Shown: in pieces, positions 12,599-23,174 of the stretch
Position numbering within the stretch: the stretch's first letter is position 1
How the letters are laid out: the number at the start of each line of letters is the position of its first letter
Source: Neoechinorhynchus agilis
Lineage: Eukaryota > Animalia > Acanthocephala
NCBI GenBank assembly: GCA_051530055.1
Contig: CM121342.1
Span: 7,200,691-7,264,690, forward strand
Length of the DNA stretch: 64,000 nucleotides
Direction of reading: 5' to 3'
Position numbers and translations under genes: made by a program
The notes under the pieces: model-generated
Database searches by the model: none
What the model saw: only the letters and a program-made list of their open reading frames with translations
What the model was told of the DNA's origin: nothing

Positions 12599-12965
12599 CG
12601 CAAATGCGAAAACTCCCATCATCGTAGTGGTGAATGATAGAGTCGCGTTGACTCTATTAAGGACAGTGTTAATTCAAGTCTGAAAAACACTCGGTGGGTC
12701 TCCGTCCGTCGTGTTGCAAGATTTGGAGGTCGTCATGAGGGAAGCTGCAAAATCGGCGTTGAGCTCAATAGCTCGAAGTGTAAACTGTTTGTGGAGGTGG
12801 TCTATTAGACTCGTGCCCCGGATCCCTGTTTCAGGGTCAAAGGGTTCGGATCCACGATCGCCAATCACCCACAACCAACGGGACGAAATATCTCCTTGAA
12901 AGGAGGAAACTCACTGATGAGTCACGCCTTCCCTGGCGGTATCTTTGGATCCGGAGAAATTTACA
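12599..12965 (+). repeat. Left LTR-like direct repeat carrying the tRNA-like/hammerhead module
   Basis: Aligns closely (roughly 90% by eye) with 13696-14060. Confidence 0.9.
12880..12950 (+). ncRNA. Rearranged hammerhead-like motif, copy 1 (core intact, stem I decayed)
   Basis: GGGAC-GAAA-TATCTCC...CTCA-CTGATGA-GTCAC...GGCGGTAT-C(12943)-TTTG. Confidence 0.5.
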
Positions 12966-13680
12966 GACTCAAAAACGTGTAGTTCAGACTATTATGTGAG
13001 CTTTTCTTAGAAATCTATTTGCTGCGAGGCCCAATTACCCTTTTGGGAGCGAACAAAAACCTTTTAGAGAAGAGGTGGCCCGAAGGTTCAATACCTCGGC
13101 GTGTTGTTGTAGAGCTTTTGCGTCATCATCATTGAATTTGACGTCGTCCGGTTGTCGTGTGATGATGGTTCAAAATGCTCTGACGAGGAATCCATTTCTG
13201 GCCCTAGTTGATTATTACAATCTCGTATTGTTGGAATTCAATGCTTGGTTGTATAAAGGGTAATCGATCTCAATTCATGACGTCAAAGTCGCCACGGCAG
13301 AATCAGAGGAGTCGCCGTTTTGACCCATTGGATTGATGGTGCTCAAAAAAAACGCCGCAGTTCACTAAAGACCTTTCAATGGGAGCTCTACGATATTCTC
13401 TCCAATCGATGGAACTGAGTCAATCCGCGCGTTTCGTTAGGACAATAAAGCGCAAATGCCTCAGTCGTCGTGGCGCTGATTAGCAGAACGAGTATACTGT
13501 AAAGATAAATAGACTCATTAGAAGATTAGCGCAACGAGAGCGAAAGCGAGTGCACGTGACCACTAAAAATGGAGAGTTTTTGTAACAACAAATAAAGTAT
13601 TGAGTTACGGATTACAGTTTTACCCTTTCGCCAGCTATGCCTTCAATCCGAACTTGGCCGCGGCCATTTTCGAGAGCCGT

Positions 13681-14110
13681 TGTCACAAATATGGCAAATG
13701 CGAGAACTCCCATCACCAAAGTGGTGAATGATAGAATCGCGTTGACTCAATTAAGGACAGTGTTCATTCAAGTCTGAAAAACACTCGGTGGGTCTCCGTC
13801 CGTCGTGTTGCAAGATTTGGAGGTCGTCATGAGGGAAGCTGCAAAATCGGCGTTGAGCTCAATAGCTCGAAGTGTGAACTGTTTGTGGAGGTGGCCTATT
13901 GGACTCGTGCCCCGGATCCCTGTTTCAGGGTCAAAGGGTTCGGATCCACGATCGCCAATCACCCACAACCAAAGGGACGAAATATCTCCATGAAGGGAGG
14001 AAACTCACTGATGAGTCCCGCCTTACCTGGCGGTATCTGAAGATCCGGCGAAATCTACAAACTTTTAACCGTGCATTAAAGACGTTGTGGTTATATCACT
14101 TCTCTGATGT
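13681..14110 (+). repeat. Right LTR-like direct repeat (starts TGTCAC; AATAAA at ~14155 downstream)
   Basis: Homologous to 12599-12965. Its 3' part (GATCCGG...TGTGGTTATATCACTTCTCTGATGTAA) matches the Gypsy LTR at 57172-57890. Confidence 0.85.
13974..14042 (+). ncRNA. Rearranged (non-circularly permuted) hammerhead ribozyme candidate, best-preserved copy
   Basis: Stem II GGGAC(13974-78)/GTCCC(14015-19); GAAA 13979-82; stem III ATATCTCCA/TGGCGGTAT (8 of 9 pairs); CTGATGA 14008-14; AUC with C17 at 14037; stem I TCA/TGA. Confidence 0.65.
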
Positions 14111-14374
14111 AAAACATAAAATTTGTCCACCCGCGGAAAGTGCTAATTCACATTAATAAAAAAAGAAATATATACATGCGGTCGGGAAAATCAGCTGACA
14201 ATGCAACAAATGATAAAAAATGCAGAAAACGCTGCTTAGTTAAAATGAGATCCACAATAGTTTTGTGCAGCTGGCACCTAACATCAAATAATCTCGCGCA
14301 CTCAACTGTCTCTTCTGAGTAGCTGCGTTTTTTGATGAAAATATACCTAAAGATATCATCCAAATAGCACCCAG

Positions 14375-15270
14375 AGTCGAATTGCTCTGCGAGCGTACGA
14401 AGGAACTTCAATTCCATCAGGCATTATTCTTGATAAAGAATGCCCTGTTCCTTCCAAAGTCGCTGTACAAGTTGCGTACAGCGCCTTTCTTCAAACATCG
14501 ACACTCCTTGGGGGAAATCGATCCCAATTTAAGGAGGTGTCTCGAAGGGATTTTAAATATCCAACTGTCGGATGAAGCATGGAGGCAAGCTTCATTGCCT
14601 GTATCTTCCGACGGTTTGGGTATCCGTAAAACAGCCGATGTCGCGATTCCGGTTTTTTTAGGTTCCTATGAAGGCAGTCGAAAGTTGATCGAGAAATTGT
14701 TGGAAAAAGAGTTTTCATTCGACGAAAATTTTAAAGAGGCGGTCATTTAATTTTGCCGCATTACGCAGTGCGATCAGGTTACCTTTAGAGGCAAGAGACA
14801 GTCAGTTTGGGACAAACCTTCAATCACGCGAGTTCATGACTCAAGGCTTTCCGACTCACGTGATGAGATGACCCGAGCTCGATTGTTGGCGGTCTCTTTA
14901 AAGGAATCTGGTTCCTGGCTGAACGCCGTTCCGATTCCCTTCGGCAATTTACTGAGAGACGGAACAGTAAGGATCGCAGTGTCCCTACGACTGGGAATCC
15001 CGATTTGTGTCCCGCACTACCGTCATTGTGGAGCTCTTGTGGATACTTCTGGTAGACACGGTCTCGCCTGTCGCTAGTCCGGTGGCAGATATGCTCGCCA
15101 CGCCGAGATTAACTCGATGATTAGTCGGGCTCTGAATACGATTCACGCACCGAATCTGCTCGAACCAAGTCACCTCTGCAGACTCGATAATCAAAGACCG
15201 GACGGGGTAACTGTGTTCCCGTGGCGAGAAGGGAAATCCCTTCTCTGGGACGCCACTTGTGTGGGAACAC
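14375..15270 (+). mobile_element. CRE-clade retrotransposon fragment (post-RT to RLE), truncated at both ends
   Basis: ALFLIKNALFLPK, WRQASLPVSSDGLGIR, ARLLAVSLKESGSWLNA, RPDGVTVFPWREGKSLLWDATC; paralogous to 2930-3780. Confidence 0.85.
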
Positions 15271-16689
15271 CCTTGCCCTGTCCAATCTCAGTGTTACATA
15301 GATCGCAAGCCATCGTAAAGAAATTAAGCAATTCCAACGTCTACAATAAAATCAAAACTATCCACCCGAAAAAGTTCAAGTCGAACAAAAGATCTTGTAA
15401 ACGCCGATGAACCAATTGATGGCATTTACACACCCTCCAAAGCTCTTGCATTTCTAGAAAGCAATCGTAAACCACACGTTTATTATTGCCTCGTATCATT
15501 TTCTATGATTCAGTAAACTCATATTTTAATTTCCTTTTTCGACTACAATTCAAATTTCAATGCATAAAAGAGAATAAATGTTAAGTCACTGATAGTTTGT
15601 CGACTTCCCTTGTTTCTCAAAACGTTGTTATAACTCGAAATTGTAACTTTTCTTACAAGAATCAAAGTACGAATTTACATTTCCGATAAACAAAATGATT
15701 AACGGAATACCACGAAATCGTGTTTAAAGACACGCAGACGATACGACTAATTATTATAATCAATAATTCTTGATTATTGCAATTTTCTGAGGTGGGGATT
15801 GTGGTGATCGATAATGCAGTGACAGCGGTAAAGTGGATTTGTTCACTACGCAGCAGAGGTTTATTGAACTGCTCACTTTAAAACAACTGGAGCAGGAAAA
15901 AGAAGTTAAGGAGCTTCAAGGAAACTAGAGGAAATGGCAAGAAGGGATGTGGTTCCTGTTGCAAACGTGATGCCGTTCCGATCATTTGTTAATAAAGTTT
16001 TATGGTAGGGATGTTCCTTGAGTGTTTTAAATTACCTCTCTCTTACCACAAGGAGAAAGGTGATTTAAAACATCCAAATCAATAACCATAATTATCAAAA
16101 GAGCATTATTTGTTGTTGAACAATAATATTTCAGTTTCAAATGGCAGAATGATTAAGAAACACAGGGAAATGATTTAGTAGCGTCTCGATGATTTCCGGA
16201 AACGCAACAATCGCTGTTGAGTTATGAAAACGGTCGCGGTTCTATTAAGTAGCGGAACAAATAAAAAAATCGATATCCATTAATAATACTGTGCAAAATT
16301 CTACATTGACACTTTGAGTATTTTGGTTTATGTTGCGAATCTTGTTTAGTTAAAGAAAAGATTTTTGGTGAATATAATTAAGATAACTGTTTTAAGCGAC
16401 TGTTTTTAGGTTATTTGCAACTTTAAATTACGACGTTATTAATATTGCTTATTTTAGTTTAAAACCGTAATGTGACAGAAGGGAAGTTGAAGTTAGTTTC
16501 TAACATTTGCCTAATCTTCGTAGCAATAAGACGTCGAATGATTTAAACTTCTAAGGAAATTTATTTTAGTTTGCGTGGTGATTTGTCTGGTTTAAGAATT
16601 AATTTAAATTTTTATACTTTCTTCCTTTAATAAGGACCGCTGTTTTGCATTAATGTGACTTGCCGTCTTGAAATGTTTCATAAAAGATT

Positions 16690-17155
16690 AACAAAATATT
16701 TGCACAGCTGACATTCCCCCCTCTCATCGAATGCCTTGACGCTATTTTCACTGAAAAATCAAAACGATTATTAACCTTTGAACAACAATTTCTTCCACAT
16801 ATCGCCCCTCTTTCCACAAGAGCACAACACTCGTAATCCTAATTCGTTTCATCCTCCCTCGGCCTCGGCTCCTTTTTCCATGCTGCCCAATCTTCTCTCG
16901 GACATCATAACTTAAAATGAACCTGAGGAAAGACCAACCTTACAAACGCTCCTACAGACAACAAACACCAATTCCCATCCGAACGGAGACCTTCCAACCA
17001 AACCGGATATTCTCAAACGAACGGACACTGGATAATTTCACCCGAACGAACCTCCCGCGACTGGATATTCCCAACCTAATGGATACGCTCTTCTTTTTTC
17101 TGAACAATTATGAACTTGAATGCTTGTGAAGACTCAAAGGTAAATGGGTCCTCCT
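16690..17155 (+). mobile_element. L2/CR1-group LINE 3' end
   Basis: Homologous to 22700-23140 (AAAAT.TTGCACAGCTGAC, CGTAATCCTAATTCGTTTCATCCTCC, ATGAACCTGAG, ATGGGTCCT). Confidence 0.6.
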
Positions 17156-17229
17156 ATTCCTTCTCTGTATTCTGAACACCCTTCCCAAAATGTAATTGCT
17201 AGGCGCCTACCGGGGACAATGATTGGAAC

Positions 17230-17342
17230 TATTGTTTAATTCTTCACCCGGTAAATGATTTTTTTGTTATAGATGTTTCGAACCTCGCCAGGTTCATCTT
17301 CTTTAATAAAAAATCATTTACCGGATGAAGAGGTTAACAATA
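17230..17342. mobile_element. MITE-like hairpin with ~33-bp imperfect terminal inverted repeats; relative of the 184-bp satellite monomer
   Basis: ATTGTTTAATTCTTCACCCGGTAAATGATTTTTT ... AAAAAATCATTTACCGGATGAAGAGGTTAACAAT. Confidence 0.7.
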
Positions 17343-17987
17343 ATACGTATTTTGCGATTTAAGTTCAACATTTATAAAATTTCACAGATTGTATTTGATA
17401 CCAATACGATAGATTTGTGTAATTTCCTTCAAATAACAAAAATAATTTGAAGGAAAATGACAAAAAATAATGAAAGTACGAATTTTGATATTACTAGAAA
17501 GTACTGAATATTTTTGCGGAAATAAAAAGGATTTCTTGGAAACATTTTTATAAGCATCACTGATTTTGAAAATAGAAATAAAGTCTTATTATTAAGTTCA
17601 GTAAACGCATCGACAGCCGTAAAGAGAAAACACTCCCGCTTTAGACTTTTAAGTAAAGAAATTAATCGACTGATTGAATCTGCTTGAAAGAATATTGACG
17701 AAAAATAAATCACCGTTAGAGCATTAAGTTGATAGACGAGATTGAAATTTGTGAACTTTAAAAAGCTTAAATAATTTAATTTCTTTCAAATTAAAAAGAG
17801 TAGAGACAAAAACCTTTTTATTTGATACAACAAATAAGACATTGAACGGGATTATTCTTCAAGTTCTTGGAGTGATTTTTGAATGGCGAAGTGCACTTCG
17901 AGCCTTAGAAAATTCGATGGACATTTGTCTTATGATTTCGGTCAATTCCTAGTATTATTTTTGTCCAACAAAATTAGCCTAGCATAG

Positions 17988-19058
17988 CTCATAATTTTCA
18001 GGAAGGTTATTGTTGAACCAAAGGATGTTCGTCCAATCTCGCTTCAAAATCCTCTAGTTAGTATATATGAACGCGCCCTTGCAAATAGGTTGAGATCTTT
18101 CATTAATAAACATAATTGCATCTCTCCGAACTGTCATGGCTTTCTAAAAGGGAAATCAGTTCATTCTGCCCTTGCAGAGGTTTACTCCAATTTTTCCTGC
18201 TCTAACCAGCCCATGCGAGCCATTCTTGCCGTGGACATTTCTCGAACCTTTGATAAGATTTCTCTTTCTTTTATTATTGAAATGCTTGAATTTTTCAGTC
18301 TACATCACAATTTAATAACACGTATTCACAATATTTTATTTACAAAATCCTTTTACTACGAAGACGACGCCGCAAAGACACTTTACTACCCGTCCAATGG
18401 TGTTCCGCAGGGGTCGCCTCTGTCACCTATTCTCTTCCTTATGGCATCACAATACTTGATTCAGAACTTTAAAGTTCGGGCCTCGCTTACCTGCTACGCG
18501 GATGATTTTACTTTTGTCATCTCCACCCACAGAGCAGCTAGAATGAAACTCCTGATTGAGCAATGTATTGATTTTCTTAACTCCTTTTTACCTAAAATGA
18601 ACTTATCGTTGAATAAGTCGAAATGTTTATGCATTTTTAAAGTTCGCTCGAGCAGAATTAGGAAAGATTTAAAATCCTTTTTCAACAATTTAATGAACAA
18701 CCCTGACACCTCTTTTTCAGGTTTTACGAATACACCTCTTAAAATCAAAATATTGGGTCACACCTTTACTGCTAATCTCTCGCCTAGATTAGATAAGAAT
18801 AAAATGAAAATAATACTCACTTTAGCATCGAAAAAGACGAAGCGCGCCGTTACTCTCGGGTTAAACGCAAATCAATGCCAAACTATTTACAAAAGCGGAA
18901 GCATTCCTGGCCTGGTCTTTTTTTTTCGAGGTCGCCCCCCGGAACAAAAGACTTTACTCATCAAAACGTTCTGCGATCAACTTAATACAATGTCTTTCTC
19001 CTGGGCCGGAGAATTGAGGATCTTCTGCAACAGTAGACTTATGAGATGGTCTAGTTGA
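17988..19058 (+). mobile_element. LINE reverse transcriptase ORF fragment
   Basis: RPISLQN, HGFLKGKS, AVDISRTFDKI, GVPQGSPLSPILF, YADD, LSLNKSKC. Confidence 0.9.
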
Positions 19059-19416
19059 ACGATACTGATTAGTTTCTTGTTTTTGGTTTTTCTTCTCATA
19101 CTGCCACATGATGAATAAATCTCCACCTCGATTACGCCGAGTGATTGTGCCCCGGTTTCTATTTCCGAAAATCGATCTCGTTCCACCGTTGTTAGACCAA
19201 AAGGTATAGCCCGCCCTTTTCGTCGAGAGGATTATACGCTTAAAATTACTAAAGAAGACCTGGGAATTAACACCCCAACATCCCTATCAAAAAAATCCTA
19301 AAATTTCTGAGCCCTCTGGACTCGGTAACATTATTAATTACAACATTAAGAAATCATTCAACACCAAATTTGCGTCCATCTTCGTTTTCTCTCACACAAG
19401 AGGTAAAGAATTATTT

Positions 19417-19795
19417 GTGAAAATGTTGCACGGTTTGAATATGAAATTTATAGATAAATCAAGAACAGTAACGTCTTTGATGTTTAACGCGCCTCCAGAT
19501 CTCTCTAAAGAAAACTTTGGCGAAATAGAAAAGTCCCACGGCTTTAAAGCAATCAAGTACCTGTCCAGATTTCCGAACTCGCAGCCCTACGCTATTCTTT
19601 GCTCAGCCCCAATCAATACTGCTGAACGCTTAAGTTTATCTGGTCTTGGACTATATTCGTATTGGTTCACCTTTTCTTTAATAAGCCCGTCTATTTATGA
19701 TTTTAATTTCACAATATGTCAGAAATGCGCTCGATGGAGTCATTAAGCGTCCTTTTGTAGTTATGAACCCCGATCTTTGATTTATGCTGGCCCTC
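19417..19795 (+). mobile_element. LINE ORF1 fragment with zinc knuckle
   Basis: CQKCARWSH*ASFC followed by ...YAGPH, then interrupted by a CRE fragment. Confidence 0.55.
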
Positions 19796-19805
19796 ATTTG
19801 AAGGG

Positions 19806-20056
19806 TACGAAAATATCTTCACTTATCGAGGGCTCACTATTTTGTCCCCTTTGGGGTAGAGACGTATGGAGCGCTCGGCAGCTCGGCACTCTGCTCCAGG
19901 ATCTTTCTCGAAGAAATTGAGAGAAACGACCGGAGACTCAAGAGCAGGTGTATTCCTTCGACAAAATATCTCGCTCGTAGTACAACGAGGCAATGCTGCC
20001 AGCGTGACGGCGACGGTCGAGGAAGGAGAGAAGCCCCAATTTTGCGGACGGTGGTG
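19806..20056 (+). mobile_element. CRE 3' end fragment, near-identical to 3857-4100
   Basis: Direct nucleotide match; FVPFGVETYG...ISLVVQRGNAASV. Confidence 0.9.
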
Positions 20057-20560
20057 ATTGGAAGTTTTGTACTTTATTATGTTATTATTAAAAAAAATAG
20101 TATACTCCTTGGAAAAAAGGGACAAGTAGTTGGTGTTAAAATCACCGATTATTAGATCCGGGTTCCAAAATAATAGCAAATTGCGAAACTTTCTTAAAAA
20201 CTTGGTTACACAGCCTGTTTGTATGTAAATATTCGCAATGATAAGAATGGGATGGAGCTGAGGATATCTAAGCCGATACGGGTTCGATATCGAGAGAAAT
20301 TGAATTTTAAACAGCTCATCTTTTAAAGATAAGAGTAAGGTTGGATTAAGATAAGCCCTAACAAAGGTTTGTAGATCACCAGCAAAACCAATGTATTGAT
20401 TGGTTAGAGCAGTTGATGGAGCTAATAAAAACCTTTGTATTGTGTAGAGACGATGAATTATGGCAATGGGCCAACTTCTTGGGGGCACATAATATCAATT
20501 TGTTCTTTTATTATTGTATTCAAGAGATGAGATGGTAGCCTATAAGCTCTAGATGCGTTA
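20057..20560 (-). mobile_element. APE endonuclease fragment of a LINE
   Basis: Minus strand IDIMCPQEV ... IIANIY ... PDLIIGDFN. Confidence 0.7.
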
Positions 20561-21499
20561 TTAGTTCTTTGAATTTTTATTTACAACTTTTTCAATAATT
20601 GAGATAAGAAGGTTCTAATAAGTTGTACGTCACCAAAGTTCGAAATTATTTCTTACTATTTTGCAGGCTTTATCAATAATAAGTCTTGGAAATGTGCCTA
20701 TCCAATTGGAAGTTTTGTGTTTGAAATCTATCCATTTTTTATTTAAAAGTGTATTCCAACAATTTGAAGAGAGATTTTTTAATGTTCGTATTTTTATTCT
20801 ATCTCTTTCTAGATTTTCATTTGCGAGATATTTAAAAAATTCTTCTTAAATAATATTTACTTAAGGTCCTATTGCCTTGCAATTCAGAAATTATTGATAA
20901 TCTCGTAATTGAATTTGTAAATTTGGAGGGTCTCCGTTTTCTTAGATGTGAAAAAGTGCCTAGGTTATCATTGGTGGCCTTGGAGATCGTATCATTTATT
21001 TCAGTTTATTTTAGATTTTATTTGATGGTTAAAACATTTTATGTTCGCTTCATAAATTTTACCGGCGATTCAGATGTTCCTGGGTTTCTGATTTGCTTTT
21101 GAAATATTATACGTAATTCTTATTTGTTTTTTAACCCCTTTTCTCCTACGGAGCGAATTATTTCCTTCTATACAAAAGTTATTTAAACTCTTTTCTATCA
21201 TGATGATCCTCTTAACTTTTCCTATTTTTGCCAGTTTGAAACTTTCATTATAATCCTTGTTCTTATTCAAATCTTCATTCTAAGTAGCGATTTCATGTTT
21301 TGATTTTGCAAATTCGAAATTATATTTATTTTATATGTGATTTCTTATCTTAAGATTTCCATTTTGTAATTTTAATTCTCTTATGTCCTTTGAGAAAAAC
21401 AGAAATTGATTATTTCCATTATAATTATCATTTAAGCAAGGACGATTTATTCGCGAAGAGAGGATGGTGGATTGAGAGAAGATCGAGTTTCATCAATAA

Positions 21500-22090
21500 G
21501 TTAGATCGGTGCTTTTTTACGTGACAATTTTTTTACAATCCAATCCATGAATCGATCTTTTTGGTCCAGTTTTCTGTATGTGTCCAAGAGTAGGGGAGTT
21601 AAATTAGTGCTTCGGAAAAAGCCCTCGTTAATGGGGTTCGCTGTTGAGGTGGTCGACCTCTTGAGAAGAAGACTAGACCTGAAACGGACCAGGCCTGACA
21701 AACTGTCTATATCACTTTGCTATTTGGCCAGTTTGTCTGCTCTGCGGCCCTACTTTTGGCGATTTTTAAAATTTTCTTGAGTTTAGCTTTATTTGTTGTA
21801 TAATTATATTTTGCTGTGAACGTGTATCAAAAGATACTTAGTTTTTTGTTATTGGCCATGGATTCTTGATGAAAAAATTCTTTAAAAAATTCTCTACGTC
21901 TGTCACATACAGATCTCGATTTTATAATAAATTGGCTTTTCTTAGCATTCAAAGATAGCCCCATTGTTGGGAGAGCGTTATCGAGAAAATCGAGCAGTTC
22001 CGAGTTTTTTCGAGCGGATATGAAATTCGGGAGCTCCTGATGCATAAGCAGCACACAGATTCTGAACTACGTTTTCCAGACCGAAGCCCT
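21500..22090 (-). mobile_element. LINE RT C-terminal fragment related to 18500-18930
   Basis: LLDFLDNALPTMGLSLNAKKSQF parallels IDFLNSFLPKMNLSLNKSKCL. Confidence 0.6.
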
Positions 22091-22249
22091 TAATCTAAGC
22101 GGATTCAGCTTTCTGTCCGGGGTTAATTTTTTAAGGGACACGACTTTCCACCAATCTGAGGATTGTGGTAATAATTCCTTAATGTACTTTCTATCACTAT
22201 CATATTGCAAACGAACTCTACATGGCCGGTACGGGGATGCCGAAAACTT

Positions 22250-23165
22250 GACCAGTTCAGGATCCCCAATAGTTTTGCGGAATGCAATTCATGTCCGTAA
22301 AACGATAGTAGCCGTGACTTTTTAAACTTCGCAACTTTAGCCTGTTCCTCGCGTCTATAAGAGGTTCCTTGCTATCGGCAAAGCACTGTCAAATGACGCT
22401 AAAGTATTAACAGCCCGGCCACCACAGCGGTCATCACAAACTACGATGACCCTGGGAGCTATGCTGAACACTTTGATTTATCCTCCGATGTTATTCTCCA
22501 ATTTCAATCAAATCCGAAATGGGATTCAAACTTTAAAATTTGTCTCCTCAGACGCCTCCAACATTTAGGAATCCCTTCGCATGATCTCTTCAAATTTTAC
22601 TTCGCCTTTATTTTACTCTCCATCACCTACGATTATCCCGTCTTCTGCAACCTTTCAAAATCTCAAATCTTTCGTCTTGAAATTCTTCGTAAAAGAGCGT
22701 CTAAAATTTGCACAGCTGACTTTCCCCCCACCGAATGCATTGATGCTATTTTCATAAAACAATCAAACCGCCTCTCAACCCTTGAAACACAATTTCGACC
22801 ACATATCGATCCTTTTTTCTCATGAGCACAACAATCGTAATCCTAATTCGTTTCATCCTCCTTTACCTCGTACCTCTCTCGACCTCTGCTCCTTTTTTCC
22901 ATATAGCCAAATCTTCTCGGATATCATAACCTGAAATGAACCTGAGAAAAGACCAAACCTCACAAGCTCTCTTGTAAACAATAACCACCAATTCCCACAA
23001 GAACGGACATCCCCGGATCGGACATTCCCACCCGACCAAAACAATAATATACTAAATAATCAACAACCGCATTCTTTAAACAACTCTGAACTCGAGTGTT
23101 TACGAGGACCCAATGGTACATGGGTCCTGTTTTTTGGGCATCAACAAATAAAAGTGTTATTATTG
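22250..23165 (+). mobile_element. L2/CR1-group LINE 3' portion, degenerate
   Basis: NAIHVRKTIVAVTF; VILQFQSNPKWD...LLRRLQHLGIP; FYFAFILLSITYDYPVF...LEILRKRASKIC. Ends AATAAAAGTGTTATTATT. Confidence 0.6.
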
Positions 23166-23174
23166 CCTAAAGCA

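Noticed and set aside
13070-13090. GGTGGCCCG as a tRNA-Ile primer-binding site for the 12.6-14.1 kb element
   Set aside because: Only ~9 nt match and it is not adjacent to a clear CA LTR end; too weak to call.
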